Shown in pieces: positions 1 to 13,576 of a stretch of 64,000 nucleotides of DNA. Location of the stretch: the NCBI RefSeq assembly GCF_009914755.1, contig NC_060936.1, one strand, 5' to 3'. The notes under the pieces are model-generated. The model had not been told where the DNA came from and did no database searches. It was given only the letters and a program-made list of their open reading frames with translations. The first letter of the stretch is position 1. Each line of letters opens with the position of its first letter. The position numbers and the translations under genes were made by a program. Origin of the DNA: the human T2T-CHM13v2.0 reference genome, Homo sapiens.

Positions 1-137
1 GAGCCATCTGGGGATCCTGGTAAAATGCACATCCTGATTCAGCAGGTTCGGGTTGGGGCCTGAGAATCTCAGGTCCAGCAAGCTCCCAGGTAATGTCAGT
101 GTGACTGATTGCTGGTCCACACATTGAGCAGCAGTGC
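1..137. mobile_element. MER5-family hAT fragment
   Basis: TAAAATGCA.ATCCTGATTCAGCAGG...GGGGCCTGAGAATC...CAAGCTCCCAGG. Confidence 0.7.
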
Positions 138-2689
138 TGTAGTAGACTACTATCATGCCTGTGTACTAATTTCACTGTCAGATTGGAGTTAACTGCATTT
201 GGATAGGGAGCTCTTTCAGCAATAGAATAATACCAGTAAGAATTTTTAATGAGTGATCAACTATAGTAGCAGTTAGTAATCAATTTTTTGTTTAAAAACT
301 AAGTTTCCTAGGACTCTAATGGAAAATGGAAAGGTTATGTCCCCCTTTTTCGTATCTTTGCCAAGGGTCTTTCCTTTGTTGCTGGGTTTAACTTGGCACT
401 TCTAGGCTACTTTAGTCCTAACTTTTCTCAGTTACCATTATATGCAGTTCTCCCAGCCACACCCCAGCAGTGTGCAAGGGATCAGACACAAGGTTGAATC
501 CATCACAAAAGCAGAATCACCATGGCAACTGCATCCTTTGATTCTTGAGTGTGCCCAGCAACCTGAGCAGAGGCGATAGTTGAAGTGAACCAAGTTCTCC
601 TGAGAAATGGAGGGGAGTGGTGCCGGGCCCACACTAGGCTGTGGTATCTTCCTCCCTACAGTGAGGGGCTTCTGTTTACTCTGAAGACTCCAGACACTCA
701 AAATCTCCTCCCCTCCCTCCAGTCCTGCAGTTAGCCTCCAGGGGTTTCTGGTCCTAAACTTCCACCACCATGAGATTACTACAATGCCTTGTGATACTCT
801 TGTTCTTCTGGTTTGAGTTTTGGTAGATAAGCACATCTGAGTCTTGCTGTGTTAATGTGTCTGTATTTTGGTGTATCTGCTTGCTTGTCGTGTGGGGCAT
901 ATGCCAAGTCCAGTAGTGGATGGGCTGGGGAAGACCAGACCTTATCACATGGTGCCCTTGGGGGGAAATCTTAATTCCAATGTGTGAAACCAGTGAAAGT
1001 ATGATTTTCTGGGTCAATTTTAAAAATATACGTTCAAGCAAAAAGCAACCTGTTATCTCTTCTCTTTCTGCCTCTGCACACAGCAGCCTCCATTGCCTAG
1101 GGTATGATAGTGTGGGTTCACTTTGTCCATCTCATTTGGATGACATCAGCGAAGATGCATTCTGTATCTCTCCACTGAGGCCTGTGACAGGACCTAATGT
1201 TTTGTGGAGCTGAGAGAAAATAAACCAAAATGACCCAATGGAATATAAATGCTGATTTCTGTTCCTGTTGTTTGACAGAAAGGAAGTAATGAACTAAGAT
1301 GCAGTAGCCTGGCCACGTGATGTCTTGACAGGCAGCTTTCAGATTTGGAGATGCTTCAGAGTGTTGTATTGAGTCTCTGGGAAGACCCTAAGCACTCAAT
1401 TCCTAGTGGTCAATGGTTGGCCTGTTTTGAGACATAACCAGTTGGAAGGAAGGATGGGCCTTTCTGCTCCCTATGATGTTGCCTTAAAAAGACATTTCCT
1501 GGGAAGAACTGGGCAGATGGTGGCTTTAATCTCACTAGCCTTGTTCTTCATTTTTATATCCAAGCTTCAAAAAACCAGCATTAGCCAACAGCACTGTTTT
1601 TACTGCTAAGCAAAACTTCAGGAAAGAGCATCCTTCGATAGAACATTAATTAACAAATGTGCCGTCAGTCCAAATGAAGACCTGTGCTGCTCCCTCTGCC
1701 CTCCCTAGCTCCACCTTTATTTACGTACCCAAAACATTTCCAGTGGTATCAAGGCGACAATGATAGGTTTTAGTATTGAAGACCTAACATTAATAAATGC
1801 AGTTTTGATTGCTGTTCCTATCTGTATGTTCTTTAAGGAGGTTTGTTTAAAAGCCAAACAATCCCACGGGTGGCAGAGACTCTTTGTTCTAGCCTTCGTC
1901 GTCAAAACAGACAGAATCAGGTTTGGGAGCAAGGCTTCTACACAGGAGCCTGGAAAACTATTATGCAGAAGAAGCATTTTTTGTTCCCCTGAGTAACCAA
2001 TATAGTTAGTAGGCATGATATGTGTATAAACTGGGATGTATCTCCTGTGATGGAGTGACGAGGTAACTAGGTGACTTTGGCATGACCTTCCCACGGAAAT
2101 AACGGTGCTGGACCATATATAGACAAAGATAAGCTTTCACTTAATATAGAAAGAACTGAAGTGTGGCCAAAAACTGTCTCCTCACCCTTGCCTTCAATGT
2201 GATTTCTGAGCTGCAGACTCGGAAGTTTCTCACATTCCTTGAGATAGTGGTGAACAGTAAAAGGTTTGGGAATTGGGGAACTGCTATAGGAACTCCACCA
2301 AAATCATGTTGAATCTTACAGAGAAATGGGATGAGTCTGTCAGTCTGACTTTCTTGTGAATGAGAATGGTCAGGTAGCTCTGACAGGCCTCAAAGAAATA
2401 GGCTTTGGAACTGACCTACCAAGTGCCCTCTGAGAAGAGGACTAGCCATTCTCTGGGAGCAGAGGGAACCTGGATGATGTGGTTCTTTGTCCAAGGAGAG
2501 TGTCCTGGAAAGGTGTTCCCCATCTAGGTATTTTCTCTGAGAAGCAGAGGATGAGGGCTGAACTTGCAGGAAGCCGAGAGGAGGAAGTAAAGTCAGGAGA
2601 AAATCTGCCTGGTTAAGGCTGAAATTTGGGGACTCATGATCCAGAGAGGTTCTGTAATGCCTAACCCTGGTTTTGGAGGCCAGGGATTT

Positions 2690-2900
2690 TCATTTTGACT
2701 GGCTTCACTCCTTGGCTTATTAAATGTCTTTGACTGAGTGGCTAAACCACCCTAAGCCTTAGTTTCCTTACCTGTAAAGTGGGAATAACACTTGTTTCAG
2801 AAGGTGGTTAAGAGGATTACATGACATAACACATATGAACCATTTAGCTAGCGTCATGCCTGTCACATGGTAGCTCGTGAAATTTTAGCAGCTATTTTTA
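2690..2900 (+). mobile_element. MIR SINE
   Basis: Core GCCTTAGTTTCCTTACCTGTAAAGTGGGAATAA. Confidence 0.75.
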
Positions 2901-5900
2901 CTCCTAGTTTTACTACAATAACCTGACTGGGAAAGCGTCCGTGGGCAGGGCAAAAGGGAGGAGCCGTGAAGATAATCAGGAGGTCAGCGTTAGAGTGGGT
3001 ACCAAAACAGCCAGAGAACTGTTTGGGAGAAGTTGCCTCCAGAGCACTCCGGTTTGGTCCCCTCCATCAGGGCCCACTGGTCATCGGGTACCGTGTCAGT
3101 CACCTGAATGACGGTGAGGGCTGGGCCAATACCAGCTCTCCCAGGCGGTGAGGCTTTCCTTCCACACACACAGGCTTCATCTCGTAAGGCTCTTGGTGGG
3201 AGACACAGCTGGGGCACTGCTGGAGGAAGGGTCAGCTGCACAGACCTCGCGGCCCTCTGCCCAGTCCCTGACGTCAAAAGGGCCGTTCATTCCCAGGGCT
3301 GCTCTCTCCACCCAGCTGCTGGGTCTCAGCTCTTTTCCTGGGAAGCCCGGCGCTTCCCGGGTAGGAGATTCTATCCCGACAGTCTGTTCTAGCTCCCTTC
3401 CCTGTTTGTGACTGTCCCTCTTCCCTCCCACTCGCCTCCCACGCTGTCCCCCACCCCTGCCTGGTTTCCAATTTTAGCGGTGTTACCAGGGCAGGTTTTC
3501 AGGAAGCCTGCTCCAGTGGCTCTCTCCTGGGCCATTTCCACAGAGGCTGTGTGCCCGGCTACCATTCCCTAAGGCTCAGCCATTGCGCCCATCTGTTCCC
3601 CGGGCTGCAGCCAGCGAGCATCTGCGGGGGGCGGTGAAGGCTGAGGATGCCCAGACAAGGGGCAGGGAGGGCTGGCCCACGTGATGGCCAGGGGAGTGGG
3701 ATGCCCAAGGGAAATGTCATAAAGGGTCCACTGGTTGGGAAAAAATGGAAAATGGAAATAAGGTTAAAATTGAAATGTTTTTAAAAAGTGATTTGTGAAG
3801 ACTTAAACAAATTTCTTTCAAACTGCTTTATTACTCATAGAAATTGTATCAATCAACAGTGATCGCTAAATTGCTGGATCAGTCAGAAAATATTGTTGCT
3901 GCTGAAGAATCAATGCTAATTGGATCATTAGGGCATTATTACATGAAACACAAATAGCTCAGGATGGTCGCTCTTTGCTTGGCTTGATCTGTAGTCTTCA
4001 GAGAAGCAGAGAAACCTCGATTGTTTCCTGCTCAGCTGACATGCAGTTTCCCCTCCCTTGCTCCCCTTCTTGCTGGAGTTAAAGGTGGATGCTGGTTGCA
4101 GACATTTCCCCCTATTTAGAAAAACAAAGACGTACCATGGTCCTTGAAATCAGTGATATTGAACAGTCCTAAAAAGTAGAGAGGTTAAAAAGGGATTTGG
4201 ATTGCATTTTAGCAATCTTCTGTTGGGGTCTGTGATGTGTGAAGACACATCTGCACCTTTACTGAGGCAGGTAGAATCCAACAAAAGCCACTGATAGGGC
4301 TCCAGGCATGGGGCAGGGCCTGCACTGAGGGTTATGGTGACAGCGGCCTGAGCCACAAGCTGGCTGGAAGGACTCCTGGAGGGGTGAGACATTTCATAAG
4401 ATCTGGGAGGCCAGCGTCAGCGTTGGGCACACCATCCCCCAGAGTGCCTGATATTGGTGACCTTGCTGCATGGCGGATGCTAATGGGTATTGACTGAAGG
4501 GACAAGGTGCCTTCTCCACCCATGCTTGGTCATTAGCACATGGTTAGGTGGGCACGCGTGGCCTCCTCTTCCACCTCTCTTTTGGCCATTTTCCTTGCCC
4601 TCTCCCCCACCCCCTGACCTCTGGCAGCCCAGAGCTCCCCTCAGCAGTGCTCACCCAACTCCCTCAGGGCCTGAATTTCCAGGGTGAGAGTCCCCTCTCT
4701 ACACCGTCTCAGTGGGTGCTTCTGCCAGGGTGGGATCTCGCCAGGGATTATGCTTGCATCTTAACAGGAATTTACTGGGGATGGAAGTATTAACCCAAAT
4801 GGAGTTACCACAGAGGGGATTTCACATGTTTCTCAAATAATGCCAGAGTGAGCCAAGGTTTACATAACCAGTACGAGGTGAGGGGGGTGGGAAGAGGGCA
4901 AGCATTTCCTTGCGAGGCTCCTGGCAGCTTTATTTCTGACTTGCGAGTGGTTCAAGAAGCCTCCATCCTCCCACGCATGGAGAAGACCAGCATTGACTGC
5001 AGCCCCGCTATGTCCCCGCGCTGGCCTGGCTGTGTATTGTCACATAGATGATGTCATGGCAGCCTTAGAGAAATTCTCTGAGGCAAATCATATTGTCCCC
5101 ATTTTTAAAGATGAGAAACCAGAAGCCAAGGATCCTGTAATTTGCCCAAGGTCACGTGAAAGAGCTGGAGTTCAAGTCATCCCAATTCCAGATCTTTTTA
5201 TCATGCCATGTTTTTTATGCCTCCCCCCTTGTCCCAGAGTGTGGCAAGCAGAGGAGAGCACGCGTGTGGGATGGGATCAATTGCAAAACGTGTGCAGCCT
5301 GGCCAAGCAGGTGGGGGAGTGGCAGGACCAGCTATGTGTATTCTCATGCTCAAGTTCCTCTGGGTCTTCCGAAGACAGATGGGGCAGGTAGTTCCAGCTG
5401 CTTTGTGCCTTCACCAGCTGAGCACTGGCAGGTGGGGCATTTTTAACCTCACGCCTTGACTATCCCCTCTCCCTGTCACAGTCAGCTCTGCCTATTGTCC
5501 TCCGTGGCTCAGAAGCAGCTATCCTTAATCATTCATGGGGGAATTTTGTGGAAAGATCCCTCCCAATGTGGCTGCATCTGCCATAAAGTGGAGATTTTTT
5601 GTTATGTTTGATCCCCTGCTGTATTCCCAGAGAACTCAGTGTGCCTGGCACGCAGTGGGTCCGCAGTAAATTTTTGAATGAATGAGTTCGCAAGGCGTTT
5701 CTCCTGGTTCTTGCCCATCAGAATTTCCATTTCTCCTGCTCCCTGGGCTGGCACTACCATGCATGGTGCCCTTGTCCCTGCCATCGCCATCATCATTCAA
5801 GCTCCCTGCTCCATCTTGCAGCCTCATTTCTTAGCTGTAAAGTCTTCCCAGTCCTCCATTGTCCTTGTGCCCTCTGCATAGCCCCTCCTCCCAGTCAGGC

Positions 5901-6189
5901 CGCATCCTCCGACCTGGCCTCCCACCTCCACGCTCAGTTTTCCCAGCCATACTTTGCTCTTGCTACATTCCTGCCACCCTATCTCCTGGGAGTCTCTTTG
6001 TCCTTCAGGTCAGACAATGCAAACTTAAATCTTGCTGAAATAAGCAAGAAAGGTACACAGGTGCAGGAGGAGTCTTCACTTTCCCGCAGAAACATACTCA
6101 CTTCCATTGCTACACAGAGACAGCAATGCAAGGATAATGAAAACTAGCTACTGACACTTGGCCTCCGTGCTGGAGGAACAATGGGGGAC

Positions 6190-6405
6190 CAGGGTAACTG
6201 TGATGAACTGAAATGACAGGTGTTTCCTAAAGGTGGCGGCCACAGCAGACGGTCATCACTGAGGAAGTCTGTGCCCGCTGTTATGAGCTCTTCTGACTTT
6301 TCAAGGCAAAAATTTGGATTTTGTATGAAACCTACTGTTTCTTAAATGATGACTCAAAAAAATTTATTCTTAATCAACTATGTCAGTGGCCTGTTGGCCT
6401 CTACT
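6190..6405. mobile_element. MER103C-like hAT fragment
   Basis: TCTTCTGACTTTTCAAG...GGATTTTGTATGAAA...TTAAATG. Confidence 0.5.
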
Positions 6406-6489
6406 TCAGGGAGTCTTCCTAGATTATTGAGGCCCAACCGGATTCTTTACTTCCTACCTGCTCCTAGTTAGTGAAGCATCGTCATGGAG

Positions 6490-6820
6490 AGGACAGACCT
6501 CTGGCCAAAGAACCTAAAGACTTGGGCCCTGGTCCCGGGTCTGCTTCCAGCCTCAGTTTCCTTGTTTGTAAATGAGAGCAATAATATTTGGCTTGTCCAA
6601 TAATCTACCATGGTACAGCTGTGTGGCTTGTAGTTTCAAAGTGCTTTCATATGCGTGATTTCATTTGATCCTCAAAAGAACCCTGTGTGGTTAGCAGGGG
6701 CAAGTGTGGTTATTCTTAATTTAAGAGGAAAGAACTGAGGGTCTGAGAGGTGAAGTGACTTACCCACGATCATAGGGTTTATAATTGGTAGAGCTGGCTG
6801 TGTCATTTGGGTCTTTTATC
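6490..6820. mobile_element. Two MIR fragments in opposite orientation
   Basis: CCTCAGTTTCCTTGTTTGTAAATG (+) and GAACTGAGGGTCTGAGAGGTGAAGTGACTT (-). Confidence 0.65.
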
Positions 6821-8559
6821 TGCTGTGTGGTTTGGTGTTTTGTTTGAACTTTTGGATAGAATGAGATCTGTCTTTGTAAGCTGTTAAGTGCTATGTGGGT
6901 GCATAAGAAGGAGTAAGGAGCTTACTTATATGGGTTATTACTAATAAGTGTATGCCCTCCATTTCCTCATAGTGTGGCACTCATCCATACACCATGGTAA
7001 TTGAGCTCTGACGATTTGATATGTCATGATCTTACCTCTCTAACCAGGTTGTGTGTGAGTACCTGGAAGCAGGGATGAAGTCTAGTGCAGAGAGGCCCAT
7101 AGAATCATTTGGTAAGTAATTGCTGATGAATTGAATCATAGGAAAGTGGAGATGCCACCTGAGAGAGAACCATAACTTGAAACCAAAGCTGGGCTGTGCC
7201 TGAGGTTAGTCAGGGGCCTGGTGGCTCATAGTCCTAAACCCTCAGCTCATGGTCTGCTGGTAGCCACTGATCAAACATGCATGATAGCACGTGTGACTGC
7301 TGCCATCAGTGCGATCACCATCCAAGAAGACCACATGGGGGGATGATGAGAAGGTATGAAATGACATAGTGGAAATGGCATTTTGGAGTCAGATCTGGGT
7401 TTGACTAATCCCTGGCTGTGGGGCAACTTAACTCTGTTGAGCCTTAGTTTCTTTACCTATATAATGGGATAATAGTAGCTACCTCATGAGTCTGTCCCTG
7501 GAACAGGCCAGGTGCTCAAGTGCAATGTGTAGTCCAGTTATAAATTGCTTTGTTAGAGCAGTACTCACAAGGGCACTGTTTATCTGGTTTTGCCAATGCT
7601 GGGCACTGAATTCCTCGCTGCAATTGTCAGATGAGGTTCAGTCAATACAAATATTCCTTTATAACAGTACTGGTAGGAGCCTTTTAACTTGAGGTTTTAT
7701 TAAGATAATAAAGACAACTGGAGAATGACTAGGTGCACATAAGGGAAATGGTGCTGTTTTCAATTAAACTTCAGGCCAACTATGTACAACTATGGATATA
7801 GAACTGAGTTATGATGTGGAATTCCAGTTTCTCTCCACTGAGGACCTGGGTGAACTGTTACCAGAGAGAAGCATCTCTGGAGAGCTCCCTTAAGCATCCT
7901 GCCCACTCTGTGGGGCCATCCCCTGCTGCTCTTGGCTCAGATTCATCTATCTGTTTCAGGGCCTTTGCCCTCCTGAGTCTGTAGTTAGCCACTTGCTCCA
8001 AGAGTCTTTCAGCTACAGCCTTCATTAATTTCATTGTGAAGGGGCCTTCGGCTCCCCTAGCATGCGTTGTGGGACGTCAGCTGCCTGCTGTGCTCATTAC
8101 CACTAGCCCAGGAATGCGGTGTTGACTCATGGCTGCAGCTCCGCTTTTGAACAGAAGCACTCAGGGCCTGAGCCTGTATTTATCACTAGGCAGGGAAGGT
8201 CCTAAGGGAAGGTGCCAGGTGAACACAGACCTCATCCTTCCATCATTACCTATGCAAAACACTAAATACAGTCATCTCCTCCGGAAACTGCCCCCCAGGT
8301 CCCAGCAGTAGTTCAGGATTCCCCTGTTAACCATGTTGTGCCCACTACCTTTCAGGCTGCACACACTTCCCTCTGTGTTTAGAGAGAAGGGAATGCAGAA
8401 GTCTGCCGTGTAGGGCATGAGGGGTGAAGCCACAGGTCAGTCCTATAAGCACCTCCTCCTTCCTAGAGCAGAGCCATCACCTGCTTTGGGCTGTGCCAAG
8501 GCTCTTGTTGAGCAGTTCAGTGCCTCACGTGGACTCCCCCTGCAAGAATTCACTGAGGA

Positions 8560-8830
8560 TTATTGGTTAATGCTGATAAAGCACTTGGGCTGTAAATATC
8601 AAGTTTAATGTTAATAAACAGGGGGATTAGGTTCATTTATGTAAAAGGGAATGCTTCACAATGGATACTGGGCAGGGGAAGACTTTACTTTTATCAACAA
8701 AAAACAAACAGAGTAAACTGTAAACCCAGACCCATCGAAGCCAAGGCCTTCTTGTCTGCTCACCCTGACATTCCCACAGGGTTTTTCTCTGGGGCTGTAA
8801 ATGCAATTCTGCTGCTGAACTGATTGCCTG
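8560..8830. promoter_or_regulatory. Candidate enhancer: forkhead motif cluster in unique sequence
   Basis: GTAAATA, ATAAACA, ACAAACA, GTAAAC x2 and GTAAAT within about 220 bp. Confidence 0.35.
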
Positions 8831-9419
8831 AACGTACTTGTGTGCTTGATGTCTTTCAAAAAGAAAGTGTCTAGGAAAGTGCAAAAGAGGAGCAGGCAAG
8901 ACAGAAACAGCATGGCCATGTGGAGGGGCCGCGCTGATCGTGAGAGCAAAGGGAATTGTATTATTCTTTGGGATTTGCATACTTTAAGAAGGTGGTTCAA
9001 TTAATGGCATTCTGTTCCTCCTAGTTGAAGACAGCAAAATGGAAGCATAAGGATTTGCTGAGTCCTCCCTCCAGGAAGCTTCTTAGCTGAGCCATTCTCA
9101 GCTCCATTCTCCATTGAGAACCCTTCAGCACATGCATGCTTGCTTAGCCACCCGGGTTTAAATTTTCATTGACTGAACAGTAAAGGGGAGAAGCAAACAC
9201 ACATGAGATCTCTGAGCAGTGTGTTTCAGGTGCTTTATAATAAACCTCTCCTTGCCGGGAGAGTGTCATCCCATTTCACAGACCAGGCAACTGAGGCTCA
9301 GAGCGGGTGGTCTAGAATGTGCCCATGCTTGGGCTCCTTTCCTTGTTCCTCCCAAAGGCAGCAGTTATACTATTTCCTTTGTGTAAAAATATTTATCTTT
9401 ATGACCCCAGAACACCTAG

Positions 9420-9755
9420 TACAGATCCATAGCCATTTCTCTGTAATTCTGAAATCCCCAAGTCTCTGAAAAGTGAAAGTTCATTTATTATCCCTTTGAC
9501 AGCAAAATCTGGCCTTTCCTGAATTCATCTGGGGCAGAGTTGTCCTAAACTGACACAAGGGTAGTTGCAGTCTTATTTAACCTGCTTAGAGTGAATATTC
9601 ATATGATTTACTGCAGAAATACGTTGGCTTCTGGGGCCCTTCACCCTGCTGTGCTATTACATACAGTAGATATGCAAATGACTTTACCTGACACATTCTG
9701 AATTCTGAAATGCATTTGGCCCCAAGGGTTTCCAATAAGGGACCGTGGAGCTCTA
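9420..9755. mobile_element. DNA-transposon MITE (MER96B-like)
   Basis: Imperfect terminal inverted repeats TACAGATCCA... / ...TGGAGCTCTA; internal TTCTGAATTCTGAAA...GGCCCCAAGGGTTTC. Confidence 0.5.
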
Positions 9756-10284
9756 GAAGGCCCTGCACACAGTGAGCACTACCTGCATGTTGTTGCTTAG
9801 TTGGAGTGAAACCTCAGTACCCTAACTTTGTGCGTGGTACACCCATGGTGGGATGGACATAGAACCAGGCCCCCTGTTCAGAGTCACCACAAAGCACCTG
9901 CCGTTAGGGTGGCAGGAGGAAGGGCAAGCAAACAGAGCAAGAGAAGATGGTGCCGGCAGCAAACAGCACAGGGCATGGCGTGGGGACAGTTAAGGTGAAC
10001 AGTGCCCACAGTCAGTGCTGTGGCAGGACAACTGCAGTGGGGCAGGCTCGGCAGAGCTGGGCAGGGGATGCAGATGCTGGAGACCTTGCTGCCCAGCAGA
10101 TGAGAGTGGACCCAATTCTGTAGATCGGGGGCCGAGGCTGAATTCTGAGCAGGAAAGTAATCTGCTGAATAGGAGGCTGTAGTAAGGCCTTTTAGATGGT
10201 GGCTCCCGGAGTGAACAGGATCCTGAATCTCAGGCTTTCCTTATCCCACTGAGCCATGCCTCCCTGCCTGAAACGTGTTTCTGA

Positions 10285-10510
10285 GTAATAGCAGCTAACA
10301 CTTACACAGTGCTTCCTGTGTAATAGGCACTCCTGTAACTGCTGGACCCATGACGACTCTGTGCAATTCATACCGTTGTTGTCCCCTTTGTATAGATGAG
10401 AAAACTGAGGCACACCGAGGGTAGGTCGTCAGGTCCCGTGAGTCGCGAGTGTGGGGGCTGTGGTGAGAACCCAGCCAGCATGGTGTGTGTGTGCTCTTAA
10501 CTGCTACGCT
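10285..10510 (-). mobile_element. MIR SINE
   Basis: TAGATGAGAAAACTGAGGCAC core. Confidence 0.75.
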
Positions 10511-10959
10511 CTGTCCTAACCTGTTCTTTTATAGGTCCCAGCAAGGAAGCTTTTCTCCTGGTCCACACCGCTGCCTGGGCATGGAGAAACCTGCTGGCAC
10601 ATTGGCCAAGGTTGGGGGTGAGGGGTGATGTCATGACCCATCCAAGAACTGTAATCTCCTGTCTTCAAGGAGGCCAGTTCCCTGGGCTGACGCTTCATGC
10701 ATAGCGGCTGCATCCCTGTCTCCCCACTTCTCCATCCCCTTCCAGGCCGTTCTTCCCCCATGCACACACATGCCTACACATGCCTGCAATAACTCCCCGA
10801 TAGGTAGAATTAAAATTTTGAAAAACTTAAGCTAAGACTATAAAGTAAGAAAGGCTAAATCAGCTTCCTTCCTTCTTCCCTTTGACTCCTGCAAATCTGT
10901 AGCTTCCTTCAATTCATTCTGGAATTTTTTTCCAGTTTTCACCCTGATTATCCTTTATT

Positions 10960-11260
10960 CTTGTCTTAAAAATAGGCAGGACATTTTCTTTGGGCAGCGG
11001 GGATGGCCTGTTATAACCTTGCTCTCTCTATATGGTCACAGTGCATTGCATGGAAGTTGGGAGCACCCTCGCCTTTTCCTGTGAGGTCACTCTTTGATTT
11101 CCTGCACCCTCTCTGCCCTGTCAATGCCGCAGGGTCTGTTTTTCCTATAAGTCTGATGCTCTCTTGTCCTTGAACTCCTTTTCCGGGTGGGTTTTAATTA
11201 GCTAAATTTGCATGTGACAAAATGAGATATAACCTTCGTGGGGAAATTCCTCACAGCTTT
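10960..11260. promoter_or_regulatory. Candidate enhancer: MEF2, homeobox, octamer and kappaB motifs
   Basis: TTAAAAATAG 10966-10975, TAATTA 11195, ATTTGCAT 11206-11213, GGGAAATTCC 11241-11250. Confidence 0.35.
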
Positions 11261-12589
11261 CTAGGCTGGGAGAAATCGACCATGCCATTTTGTGATGGAG
11301 TGTCCCAGTTTAACACGGCAATGTGACTGCAGACTTCATCCGCCTGGTGGGCACTTTGTCCCCATGGCTGAGTTTCAGGCTTCCTGACCTTCCTGGTGGG
11401 CAGCCACGGCGAAATCTAGACTTCCTGGTCCCTCCTCAGTTCCCTATGGACGATGGCAAGATTTTGCAAAGGGACAAAAGGAAACTTTTGCTGAAACCTT
11501 CTAGGTCTTTAATCACTTGTTCTTTTTCCTTCTAAAATTCTGGATTCTTGCCGAGCCTCTTTGTGCTTCCTCTTTTCATTCTCTGTCACCTCCACTTAGT
11601 CTCGTTCTCACCTGCTCCTTTCTCTTTATTCTCCAAGGGAGGGGAAGACAACTTGAATTTTAGGAACAAAGCAAGAAACAGTACATGGAAAGGAGAAAAG
11701 GTGCTGTGGCCACTGCAGAGGGGGGACAGGTGGCTGAGAACCTTTGTAAGCCAGAAAGAACTCTTCTCTCCCATTCTCAAATATAATTAGTTATTTCTAA
11801 AATTGAGCTGAATCGTGGGCATCTTTTTCCACTCAAACTTTTTTTAACTTAAAATTAAGTTCTATGTATATATGTGTGTGTGTGTTCATTGGAGAAACAG
11901 TAACACCACACACAACTTAGCTAACCTAGGAAGGTTTGGCTCAAATGTCCATTGCAAAGTAATTAAGAATCTCCTCTCCTATGCTGTGTTTACACTGTAC
12001 ATTCCCATAATGTCCACTTCCTGGCTGCTGGACTCTGCTCTATAAATATAACCAGTGAGCAGTGTCTCTTTCATGCTCAGCTCCTGACCAGTTAAGGGGA
12101 GGAGGAGATGAGTCCAGGAACCAGAGTTGGATGCTGGGAATCTCCGTGCTGTCCTTCCAGGGAACATTTCTCTGCACCGGGCCAAGGACCCACGGGATCA
12201 TCCCTTTCCATTGTGAAGGAACCGAGGCCGCCTCACTGGGCTCCATTTTCCAGTATTTTTAGTTAGCAGCCTGCAAGTGAGTGTTCTGCCTGCAGTGCTG
12301 TAGAAACTGGCAGATGCTCTGTGTTGAGTGGTGTGCAGGACAGACAGGAGTCGGTGCTGGAGAGGCGATGGCTGCAACTGGGGCAGAGAAGTGAGCCTTC
12401 CTGTCTTCCTGGGGGTGATCATCCCCAAGGCAGTGCATCACGCTCCCGTGTTCAAAGCCGCAGTGGTATAAACTCTCGAAGAGAACAGTGTCTACCTTTA
12501 CTCTGGAAAGAAGTAACCGAAAGACAGGAGCGGATGTTGCCTCCTGGCAAGAGGGCCTCACGGTGTGGAGGGGCAATGCCAACCTTGGC

Positions 12590-12800
12590 GGTGACGGACT
12601 TAGGTTCTATTATGGCTCTAATACTTGCTGACTCTGGGACCTTGAGCAAGTTATGGTAACCCTCAGCCTCTGTTTCTCCCTCTGTACAATGAGCATCACG
12701 ATAGTCCTGTTCTCACAGAGCTGCTATGAAGGTTGCATCTGGGAAGCACCTGGCACCGTGCCTGGCGTAAAATAGGCCCTCAGGAAATGTTGGCTATTAT
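12590..12800 (+). mobile_element. MIR SINE
   Basis: GACCTTGAGCAAGTTA...GCCTCTGTTTC..CTGTACAATG. Confidence 0.7.
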
Positions 12801-13067
12801 TATGGCCATGCTTGACTGGCACCTCAGTTTGATGTAGTGGTTGTCACGTTTCATTTCTAGCGTTCTGAATAGGCTGTCAGTAGAGAGGTAAGGAGGTAAG
12901 GACTCTGGGGCCAGACTGCCTTTCTTCAAATCCCAAGCCTGCCACTTAACAGCTCTCTGACATTGAGCAAGTTAATTCATGTGACTGGGCCTCACTTTTC
13001 TCATCTGTAAAGTGAGTATGAAGTGACGTATACTTCACTGGGTCATGGTGAGGGGAAGTATGCAAAG

Positions 13068-13302
13068 CAGGAGTTGGTGAACTGGCGAACAGGCCACATC
13101 CGGCCTGCCATCTGCTTTTGTAAATAAAATGGTATCAGAACATAGCCACACGTATCCATTTATGTCTTGTCTGTGACTGTTTCTCTGCAGCAGCAGCAGA
13201 GATGAGTAATTGTGACAGAGACTGTCTGTCCTACAAATCCTAAAATAAAATCCTAAAATATTTACTACCTGACCCTTTACAGAAAAAGTTTGTTGCCCTC
13301 TG
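13068..13302 (+). mobile_element. MER58A hAT-Charlie element nested in a MIR (about 12870-13365)
   Basis: TTTTGTAAATAAA...ATATTTACTACCTGACCCTTTACAGAAAAAGTTTG signature. Confidence 0.82.
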
Positions 13303-13576
13303 ATTGTAAAAGGTTTAAACAGTGTGTGGCACAGAGCAGATGCCAGGTAAATGTTTGCTGTTATTCCTGCTGGTACTCCTCTGCAGTTCGTCACCCCCAA
13401 CCCTCACATTAGCTCTGTGAAGTGGGCACACAGAGGTGATGATTGTTCCCTGTTTATTGCACCTGGGATTCAGGGGACTCACGTGACCTGTCCAAGGTGA
13501 GGCCAGGCCTAAAATCTAGTCTAGGGCTCACTCGGCCGGTGGCTCCGAATCAGTGACATCTGCCTTGCCTTCTCTC

